From positions 29,452,001 to 29,516,000 of the forward strand of contig CM059432.1 of NCBI GenBank assembly GCA_030390025.1: a DNA stretch of 64,000 nt, read 5' to 3'. Position numbers and translations under genes: made by a program. The stretch is from Squalus acanthias (Eukaryota). A model generated the notes under the pieces. That model was not told the DNA's origin, made no database searches, and saw only the letters and a program-made list of their open reading frames with translations. Below, one piece after another: positions 49,301 through 61,300 of this stretch (within the stretch, counting starts at the first letter, position 1; every line of letters begins with the position of its first letter).

Positions 49301-52300
49301 CTCTCTATTACCTTCAGTGTAACACACTGCCAGCTCTCTATTATCCAGTGTAACACACTGCCAGCTCTCTATTATCCTCAGTGTAACACACTGCCAGCTC
49401 TCTATTACCTTCAGTGTAACACATTGCCAGCTTTCTATTATCCTCAGTGTAACACACTGCCAGCTGTCGATTATCCTCAGTGTAACACACTGCCAGCTGT
49501 CTATTATCCTCAGTGTAACACACTGCCAGCTTTGCATTATCCTCAGTGTAACACACTGCCAGCTCTCTATTATCCTCAGTGTAACACACTGCCAGCTCTC
49601 TATTATCCTCAGTGTTACACACTGCCAGCTCTCTGTTATCCAGTGTAACAGACTGCCGGCTCTCTATTATCCTCAGTGTAACACACTGCCAGCCCTCTAT
49701 TATCCTCAGTGTAACAAACTGCCAGCTCTCTATTATCCTCAGTGTAACACACTGCCAGCTCCCTATTATCCTAAGTGTAACACACTGCCAGCTCTCTATT
49801 ATCCAGTGTAACACACTGCCAGCTCTCTATTATCCTCAGTGTAACACACTGCCAGCTCTCTATTATCCAGTGGAACATATTGCCAGTTCTCTATTATCCT
49901 CAGTGTAACACACTGCCAGCTCTCTATTATCCTCAGTGTAACACACTGCCAGCTCTCTATTATCCTCAGTGTAACACACTGCCAACCCTCTATTACCTTC
50001 AGTGTAACAAACTGCCAGCACCCTATTACCTTCAGTGTAACAAACTGCCAGCTCTCTATTATCCTCAGTGTAACACGCTGCCAGCTCTCTATTATCCTCA
50101 GTGTAACACACTGCCAGCTCTCTATTACCCTCAGTGTAACACACTGCCAGCTCTGTATTATCCTCAGTGTAACACACTGCCATCTCTCTATTTTCCAGTG
50201 TAACATACTGCCAGCTCTCTCTCATCCAGTGTAACAAACTGCCAGCACTCTGTTATCCTCAGTGTAACACACTGCCAGCTCTCTATTATCCAGTGTAACA
50301 CACTGCCAGCTCTCTATTACCTTCAGTGTAACACACTGCCAGCTCTCTATTACCTTCAGTGTAACAAACTGCCAGCTCTCTATTATCCTCAGTGTAACAC
50401 ACTGCCAGCTCTCTATTATACTCAGTGTAACACACTGTCAGCTCTCTATTATCCTCAGTGTAACACACTGCCAGCTCTCTATTATCCAGTGTAACACACT
50501 GTCAGCTCTCTATTATCCTCAATGTAACACACTGCCAGCTCTATATTATCCTCAGTGTAACACACTGCCAGCTTTCTATTATCCTCAGTGTAACACACTG
50601 CCAGCTCTGTGTTATCCTCAGTGTAACACACTGCCAACTCTCTATTATCCTCAGTGTAACACACTGCCAGCTGTCTATTATCCTCAGTGTAACACACTGC
50701 CACCTCTCTAGTATCGTCAGTGTAACACACTGCCAGCTGTCTATTATCTTCAGTGTAATACACTGCCAGCTGTCTATTATCCTCAGTGTAACACACTGCC
50801 AGCTCTCTATTATCCAGTATAACACACTGCCAGCTCTGTATTATCCTCAGTGTAACACACTGCCAGCTCTCTATTATCCTCAGTGTAACACACTGCCAGC
50901 TCTCTATTATCCTCAGTTTAACACACTGCCAGCTCTCTATTATCCTCAGTGAAACGAACTGCCAGCTCTCTATTATCCTCAGTGTAACACACTGCCAGCT
51001 CTCTATTATCCGCAGTGTAACACACTGCAAGCTCTCTATTATCTCCAGTGCAACACACTGCCAGCTCTCTATTATCCTCAGTGTAACACACTGCCAGCTC
51101 TCTATTATCCTCAGTGTAACACACTGCCAGCTCTCTATTATCCTCAGTGTAACACACTGCCAGCTCTCTATTGTCCTCAGTGTAACACACTGCCAGCTCA
51201 CTATTATCCTCAATGTAACACAATGTCAGCTCTCTATTATCCTCAGTGTAACAAACTGCCAGGTCACTATTATCCAGTGTTACACACTGCCAGCTCTCTA
51301 TTATCCTCAGTGTAACACACTGTCAGCTCTCTGTTATCCTCAGTGTAACACACTGCCAGCTCTCTATTAGCCTCAGTGTAACACACTGCCAGCTCTCTAT
51401 TATCCTCAGTGTAACACACTGCCAGCTCTCTATTATCCTCAGTGTAACACACTTTCAGCTCTCTGTTATCCAGTGTAACATACTGCCAGCTCTCTATTAC
51501 ATTCAGTGTAACACACTGCCAGCTCTCTATTATCCTCAGTGTCACACACTGCCAGCTGTCAATTATCCTCAGTGTAACACCCTGCCAGCTGTCTATTATC
51601 CTCAGTGTAATACACTGCCTGCTCTCTATTATCCTCAGTGCAACACCCTGCCATCTCTCTATTATCCAGTGTAAAACACTGCCAGCTCTCTATTATCCTC
51701 AGTGCAACACACTGCCAGCTCTCTATTATCCTCAGTGTAACACACTGTCTGCTCTCTATTATCCTCAGTTTAACACACTGCCAGCTATCTATTATCCTCA
51801 GTTTAACACACTGTCAGCTCTCTATTATCCTCAGTGTAACAAACTGCCAGGTCACTATTATCCAGTGTTACACACTGCCAGCTCTTAATTATCCTCAGTG
51901 TAACACACTGCCAGCTCTCTATTATCCTCAGTGTAACACACTGTCAGCTCTCTGTTATCCTCAGCGTAACACACTGCCAGCTCTCTATTATCCTCAGTGT
52001 AACACACTGCCAGCTCTCTATTATCCTCAGTGTAACACACTGTCAGCTCTCTGTTATCCTCAGTGTAACATACTTTCAGCTCTCTGTTATCCAGTGTAAC
52101 ATACTGCCAGCTCTCTATTATCCTCAGTTTAACACACTGCCAGCTCTTAATTATCCTCAGTGCAACACACTGCCAGCTCTCTATTATCCTCAGTGTAACA
52201 CACTGTCAGCTCTCTGTTATCCTCAGTGTAACACATTGCCAGCTCTCTATTAGCCTCAGTGTAACACACTGCCAGCTCTCTATTATCCTCAGTGTAACAC

Positions 52301-55300
52301 ACTGCCAGCTCTCTATTATCCTCAGTGTAACACACTTTCAGCTCTCTGTTATCCAGTGTAACATACTGCCAGCTCTCTATTATCCTCAGTGTAACACACT
52401 GCCAGCTCTCTATTATCCTCAGTGTAACACACTGCCAGCTCTCTATTATCCTCAGTGTAACACACTGCCAGCTCTCTATTATCCTCAGTGTAACACACTG
52501 CCAGCTCTCTATTATCCAGTGTAACACACTGCCAGCTCTCTATTATCCTCAGTGTAACACACCGCCAGTCCTCTATTATCCTTAGTGTAACACACTGCCA
52601 GCTCTCTATGATCCTCAGTGTAACACACTGCCAGCTCTTAATTATCCTCAGTGTAACACACTTTCAGCTCTCTGTTATCCAGTGTAACATACTGCCAGCT
52701 CTCTATTACATTCAGTGTAACACACTGCCAGCTCTCTATTATCCTCAGTGTCACACACTGCCAGCTGTCAATTATCCTCAGTGTAACACCCTGCCAGCTG
52801 TCTATTATCCTCAGTGTAATACACTGCCTGCTCTCTATTATCCTCAGTGCAACACCCTGCCATCTCTCTATTATCCAGTGTAAAACACTGCCAGCTCTCT
52901 ATTATCCTCAGTGCAACACACTGCCAGCTCTCTATTATCCTCAGTGTAACACACTGCTGCTCTCTATTATCCTCAGTTTAACACACTGCCAGCTATCTAT
53001 TATCCTCAGTTTAACACACTGTCAGCTCTCTATTATCCTCAGTGTAACAAACTGCCAGGTCACTATTATCCAGTGTTACACACTGCCAGCTCTCTAATTA
53101 TCCTCAGTGTAACACACTGCCAGCTCTCTATTATCCTCAGTGTAACACACTGTCAGCTCTCTGTTATCCTCAGCGTAACACACTGCCAGCTCTCTATTAT
53201 CCTCAGTGTAACACACTGCCAGCTCTCTATTATCCTCAGTGTAACACACTGTCAGCTCTCTGTTATCCTCAGTGTAACATACTTTCAGCTCTCTGTTATC
53301 CAGTGTAACATACTGCCAGCTCTCTATTATCCTCAGTTTAACACACTGCCAGCTCTTAATTATCCTCAGTGCAACACACTGCCAGCTCTCTATTATCCTC
53401 AGTGTAACACACTGTCAGCTCTCTGTTATCCTCAGTGTAACACATTGCCAGCTCTCTATTAGCCTCAGTGTAACACACTGCCAGCTCTCTATTATCCTCA
53501 GTGTAACACACTGCCAGCTCTCTATTATCCTCAGTGTAACACACTTTCAGCTCTCTGTTATCCAGTGTAACATACTGCCAGCTCTCTATTATCCTCAGTG
53601 TAACACACTGCCAGCTCTCTATTATCCTCAGTGTAACACACTGCCAGCTCTCTATTATCCTCAGTGTAACACACTGCCAGCTCTCTATTATCCTCAGTGT
53701 AACACACTGCCAGCTCTCTATTATCCAGTGTAACACACTGCCAGCTCTCTATTATCCTCAGTGTAACACACCGCCAGTCCTCTATTATCCTTAGTGTAAC
53801 ACACTGCCAGCTCTCTATGATCCTCAGTGTAACACACTGCCAGCTCTCTATTATCCTCAGTGTAACACACTGCCAGCTCTCTATTATCCAGTGTAACACA
53901 CTGCCAGCTCTCTATTATCCTCAGTGTAACACACTGCCAGCTCTCTATTATCCTCAGTGTAACACACCGCCAGCTCTCTATTATCCTCAGTGTAACACAC
54001 TGCCAGCTCTCTATTATCCTCAGTGTAACACACCGCCAGCCCTCTATTATCCTCAGTGTAACACACTGCCAGCTCTCTATTATCCTCAGTGTAACACACT
54101 GCCAGCTCTCTATTATCCTCAGTGTAACACACTGCCAGCTCTCTATTATCCTCAGTGTAACACACTGCCAGCTCTCTATTATCCAGTGTAACACACTGCC
54201 AGCTCTCTATTATCCTCAGTGTAACACACCGCCAGTCCTCTATTATCCTTAGTGTAACACACTGCCAGCTCTCTATGATCCTCAGCGTAACACACTGCCA
54301 GCTCTCTATTATCCTCAGTGTAACACACTGCCAGCTCTCTATTATCCTCAGTGTAACACACTGTCAGCTCTCTGTTATCCTCAGTGTAACATACTTTCAG
54401 CTCTCTGTTATCCAGTGTAACATACTGCCAGCTCTCTATTATCCTCAGTTTAACACACTGCCAGCTCTTAATTATCCTCAGTGCAACACACTGCCAGCTC
54501 TCTATTATCCTCAGTGTAACACACTGCCAGCTCTCTGTTATCCTCAGTGTAACACATTGCCAGCTCTCTATTATCCTCAGTGTAACACACTGCCAGCTCT
54601 CTATTATCCTCAGTGTAACACACTGCCAGCTCTCTATTATCCTCAGTGTAACACACTGCCAGCTCTCTATTATCCAGTGTAACACACTGCCAGCTCTCTA
54701 TTATCCTCAGTGTAACACACTGCCAGCTCTCTATTATCCTCAGTGTAACACACTGCCAGCTCTCTATTATCCTCAGTGTAACACACTGCCAGCTCTCTAT
54801 TATCCTCAGTGTAACACACTGCCAGCTCTCTATTATCCAGTGTAACACACTGCCAGCTCTCTATTATCCTCAGTGTAACACACTGCCAGCTCTCTATTAT
54901 CCTTAGTGTAACACACTGCCAGCTCTCTATGATCCTCAGTGTAACACACTGCCAGCTCTCTATTATCCTCAGTGTAACACACTGCCAGCTCTCTATTATC
55001 CAGTGTAACACACTGCCAGCTCTCTATTATCCTCAGTGTAACACACTGCCAGCTCTCTATTATCCTCAGTGTAACACACCGCCAGTCCTCTATTATCCTC
55101 AGTGTAACACACTGCCAGCTCTCTATTATCCTCAGTGTAACACACCGCCAGCCCTCTATTATCCTCAGTGTAACACACTGCCAGCTCTCTATTATCCTCA
55201 GTGTAACACACTGCCAGCTCTCTATTATCCTCAGTGTAACACACTGCCAGCTCTCTATTATCCAGTGTAACACACTGCCAGCTCTCTATTATCCTCAGTG

Positions 55301-58300
55301 TAACACACTGCCAGCTCTCCATTATCCTCAGTGTAACACACCGCCAGTCCTCTATTATCCTCAGTGCAACACACTGCCAGCTCTCTATTATCCTCAGTGT
55401 AACACACTGCCAGCACTCTATTATCCAGTGTAACACACTGCCAGCTCTCTATTATCCTCAGTGTAACACACTGCCAGCTCTCTATTATCCTCAGTGTAAC
55501 ACACTGCCAGCTCTCTATTATCCTCAGTGTAACACACTGCCAGCTCTCTATTATCCTCAGTGTAACACACTGCCAGCTCTCTATTATCCTCAGTGTAACA
55601 CACTGCCAGCTCTCTATTATCCAGTGTAACACACTGCCAGCTCTCTATTATCCTCAGTGTAACACACTGCCAGCTCTCTATTATCCTCAGTGTAACACAC
55701 TGCCATCTCTCTATTATCCTCAGTGTAACACACTGCCAGCTCTCTATTATCCTCGGTGTAACACACCGCCAGCCCTCTATTATCCTCAGTGTAACACACT
55801 GCCAGCTCTCTATTATCCTCAGTTTAAAACACTGCCAGCTCTCTATTATCCTCAGTGTAACACACTGCCAGCTCTCTATTATCCTCAGTGTAACACACTG
55901 CCAGCTCTCTATTATCCTCAGTGTAACACACTGCCAGCCCTCTATTATCCTCAGTGTAACACACTGCCAGCTCTCTATTATCCTCAGTGTAACACACTGC
56001 CAGCTCTCTATTATCCTCAGTGTAACACACTGCCAGCTCTCTATTATCCTCAGTGTAACACACTGCCAGCTCTCTATTACCTCAGTGTAACACACTGCCA
56101 GCTCTCTATTATCCTCAGTGTAACACACTGCCAGCTCTCTATTATCCTCAGTGTAACACACTGCCAGCTCTCTATTATCCTCAGTGTAACACACTGCCAG
56201 CTCTCTATTATCCTCAGTGTAACACCCTGCCAGCTCTCTATTATCCAGTGTAACACACTGCCAGCTCTCTATTATCCTCAGTGTAACACACTGCCAGCTC
56301 TCTATTATCCTCAGTGTAACACACTGCCAGCTCTCTATTATCCTCAGTGTAACACACTGCCAGCTCTCTATTATCCAGTGTAACACACTGCCAGCTCTCT
56401 ATTATCCTCAGTGTAACACACTGCCAGCTCTCTATTATCCTCAGTGTAACACACCGCCAGTCCTCTATTATCCTCAGTGTAACACACTGCCAGCTCTCTA
56501 TTATCCTCAGTGTAACACACCGCCAGCCCTCTATTATCCTCAGTGTAACACACTGCCAGCTCTCTATTATCCTCAGTGTAACACACTGCCAGCTCTCTAT
56601 TATCCTCAGTGTAACACACTGCCAGCTCTCTATTATCCAGTGTAACACACTGCCAGCTCTCTATTATCCTCAGTGTAACACACCGCCAGTCCTCTATTAT
56701 CCTTAGTGTAACACACTGCCAGCTCTCTATTATCCTCAGTGTAACACACTGCCAGCTCTCTATTATCCTCAGTGTAACACACTGCCAGCTCTCTATTATC
56801 CAGTGTAACACACTGCCAGCTCTCTATTATCCTCAGTGTAACACACTGCCAGCTCTCTATTATCCTCAGTGTAACACACCGCCAGTCCTCTATTATCCTC
56901 AGTGTAACACACTGCCAGCTCTCTATTATCCTCAGTGTAACACACTGCCAGCTCTCTATTATCCTCAGTGTAACACACCGCCAGCCCTCTATTATCCTCA
57001 GTGTAACACACTGCCAGCTCTCTATTATCCTCAGTGTAACACACTGCCAGCTCTCTATTATCCTCAGTGTAACACACTGCCAGCTCTCTATTATCCAGTG
57101 TAACACACTGCCAGCTCTCTATTATCCTCAGTGTAACACACTGCCAGCTCTCCATTATCCTCAGTGTAACACACCGCCAGTCCTCTATTATCCTTAGTGT
57201 AACACACTGCCAGCTCTCTATTATCCTCAGTGTAACACACTGCCAGCTCTCTATTATCCAGTGTAACACACTGCCAGCTCTCTATTATCCTCAGTGTAAC
57301 ACACTGCCAGCTCTCTATTATCCTCAGTGTAACACACCGCCAGTCCTCTATTATCCTCAGTGTAACACACTGCCAGCTCTCTATTATCCTCAGTGTAACA
57401 CACCGCCAGCCCTCTATTATCCTCAGTGTAACACACTGCCAGCTCTCTATTATCCTCAGTGTAACACACTGCCAGCTCTCTATTATCCTCAGTGTAACAC
57501 ACTGCCAGCTCTCTATTATCCAGTGTAACACACTGCCAGCTCTCTATTATCCTCAGTGTAACACACCGCCAGTCCTCTATTATCCTTAGTGTAACACACT
57601 GCCAGCTCTCTATTATCCTCAGTGTAACACACTGCCAGCTCTCTATTATCCTCAGTGTAACACACTGCCAGCTCTCTATTATCCAGTGTAACACACTGCC
57701 AGCTCTCTATTATCCTCAGTGTAACACACTGCCAGCTCTCTATTATCCTCAGTGTAACACACCGCCAGTCCTCTATTATCCTCAGTGTAACACACTGCCA
57801 GCTCTCTATTATCCTCAGTGTAACACACTGCCAGCTCTCTATTATCCTCAGTGTAACACACTGCCAGCTCTCTATTATCCTCAGTGTAACACACTGCCAG
57901 CTCTCTATTATCCTCAGTGTAACACACTGCCAGCTCTCTATTATCCTCAGTGTAACACACTGCCAGCTCTCTATTATCCAGTGTAACACACTGCCAGCTC
58001 TCTATTATCCTCAGTGTAACACACTGCCAGCTCTCCATTATCCTCAGTGTAACACACCGCCAGTCCTCTATTATCCTTAGTGTAACACACTGCCAGCTCT
58101 CTATTATCCTCAGTGTAACACACTGCCAGCTCTCTATTATCCAGTGTAACACACTGCCAGCTCTCTATTATCCTCAGTGTAATACACTGCCAGCTCTCTA
58201 TTATCCTCAGTGTAACACACCGCCAGTCCTCTATTATCCTCAGTGTAACACACTGCCAGCTCTCTATTATCCTCAGTGTAACACACCGCCAGCCCTCTAT

Positions 58301-61300
58301 TATCCTCAGTGTAACACACTGCCAGCTCTCTATTATCCTCAGTGTAACACACTGCCAGCTCTCTATTATCCAGTGTAACACACTGCCAGCTCTCTATTAT
58401 CCTCAGTGTAACACACTGCCAGCTCTCTATTATCCTCAGTGTAACACACCGCCAGTCTTCTATTATCCTCAGTGTAACACACTGCCAGCTCTCTATTATC
58501 CTCAGTGTAACACACTGCCAGCTCTCTATTATCCTCAGTGTAACACACTGCCAGCTCTCTATTATCCTCAGTGTAACACACTGCCAGCTCTCTATTATCC
58601 TCAGTGTAACACACTGCCAGCTCTCTATTATCCTCAGTGTAACACACTGCCAGCTCTCTATTATCCTCAGTGTAACACACTGCCAGCTCTCTATTATCCT
58701 CAGTGTAACACACTGCCAGCTCTCTATTATCCAGTGTAACACACTGCCAGCTCTCTATTATCCTCAGTGTAACACACTGCCAGCTCTCTATTATCCTCAG
58801 TGTAACACACTGCCAGCTCTCTATTATCCTCAGTGTAACACACTGCCAGCTCTCTATTATCCTCAGTGTAACACACTGCCAGCTCTCTATTATCCTCAGT
58901 GTAACATACTGCCAGCTCTCTATTACATTCAGTGTAACACACTGCCAGCTCTCTATTATCCTCAGTGTAACACACTGCCAGCTGTCTATTATCCTGAGTG
59001 TAACACCCTGCCAGCTGTCTATTATCCTCAGTGTAACACACTGCCAGCTCTCTATTATCCTCAGTGCAACACCCTGCCAGCTCTCTATTATCCAGTGTAA
59101 AACACTGCCAGCTCTCTATTATCCTCAGTGCAACACACTGCCAGCTCTCTATTATCCTCAGTGTAACACACTGCCAGCTCTCTATTATCCTCAGTGTAAC
59201 ACACTGCCAGCTCTCTATTATCCAGTGTAACACACTGCCAGCTCTCTATTATCCTCAGTGTAACACACTGCCAGCTCTCTATTATCCTCAGTGTAACACA
59301 CCGCCAGTCCTCTATTATCCTCAGTGTAACACACTGCCAGCTCTCTATTATCCTCAGTGTAACACACCGCCAGCCCTCTATTATCCTCAGTGTAACACAC
59401 TGCCAGCTCTCTATTATCCTCAGTGTAACACACTGCCAGCTCTCTATTATCCTCAGTGTAACACACTGCCAGCTCTCTATTATCCAGTGTAACACACTGC
59501 CAGCTCTCTATTATCCTCAGTGTAACACACCGCCAGTCCTCTATTATCCTTAGTGTAACACACTGCCAGCTCTCTATTATCCTCAGTGTAACACACTGCC
59601 AGCTCTCTATTATCCTCAGTGTAACACACTGCCAGCTCTCTATTATCCAGTGTAACACACTGCCAGCTCTCTATTATCCTCAGTGTAACACACTGCCAGC
59701 TCTCTATTATCCTCAGTGTAACACACCGCCAGCTCTCTATTATCCTCAGTGTAACACACTGCCAGCTCTCTATTATCCTCAGTGTAACACACTGCCAGCT
59801 CTCTATTATCCTCAGTGTAACACACCTGCCAGCCCTCTATTATCCTCAGTGTAACACACTGCCAGCTCTCTATTATCCTCAGTGTAACACACTGCCAGCT
59901 CTCTATTATCCTCAGTGTAACACACTGCCAGCTCTCTATTATCCAGTGTAACACACTGCCAGCTCTCTATTATCCTCAGTGTAACACACTGCCAGCTCTC
60001 TATTATCCTCAGTGTAACACACTGCCAGCTCTCTATTATCCTCAGTGTAACACACTGCCAGCTCTCTATTATCCTCAGTGTAACACACTGCCAGCTCTCT
60101 ATTATCCAGTGTAACACACTGCCAGCTCTCTATTATCCTCAGTGTAACACACTGCCAGCTCTCTATTATCCTCAGTGTAACACACCGCCAGTCCTCTATT
60201 ATCCTCAGTGTAACACACTGCCAGCTCTCTATTATCCTCAGTGTAACACACTGCCAGCTCTCTATTATCCTCAGTGTAACACACTGCCAGCCTCTATTAT
60301 CCTCAGTGTAACACACTGCCAGCTCTCTATTATCCTCAGTGTAACACACTGCCAGCTCTCTATTATCCTCAGTGTAACACACTGCCAGCTCTCTATTATC
60401 CAGTGTAACACACTGCCAGCTCTCTATTATCCTCAGTGTAACACACCGCCAGCTCTCTATTATCCTCAGTGTAACACACTGCCAGCTCTCTATTATCCTC
60501 AGTGTAACACACTGCCAGCTCTCTATTATCCTCAGTGTAACACACTGCCAGCTCTCTATTATCCAGTGTAACACACTGCCAGCTCTCTATTATCCTCAGT
60601 GTAACACACTGCCAGCTCTCTATTATCCTCAGTGTAACACACCGCCAGCTCCTCTATTATCCTCAGTGTAACACACTGCCAGCTCTCTATTATCCTCAGT
60701 GTAACACACTGCCAGCTCTCTATTATCCTCAGTGTAACACACTGCCAGCTCTCTATTATCCTCAGTGTAACACACTGCCAGCTCTCTATTATCCACAGTG
60801 TAACACACTGCAAGCTCACTAATATCCAGTGTAACACACAGCCAGCTCTCTATTATCCTCAGTGTTACACACTGCCAGCTCTCTATTATCCAGTGTAACA
60901 CACTGCCAGCTCTCTATTATCCTCAGTGTAACACACTGCCAGCTCTCTATTATCCTCAGTGTAACACACTGCCAGCTCTCTATTATCCTCAGTGTAACAC
61001 ACTGCCAGCTCTCTGTTATCCAGTATAACATACTGCCACCTCTTTATTATCCTCAGTGTAACACACTGCCAGCTCTCTATTATCCTCAGTGTAACACACT
61101 GCCAGCTCTCTATTATCCTCAGTGTAACACACTGCCAGCTCTCTATTATCCTCAGTGTAACACACTGTCCAGCTCTCTATTATCCTCAGTGTAACACACT
61201 GCCAGCCCTCTGTTATCCTCAGTGTAACAAACTGCAGCTCACTATTATCCAGTGTAACACACAGCCAGCTCTCTATTATCCTCAGTGTTACACACTGCCA

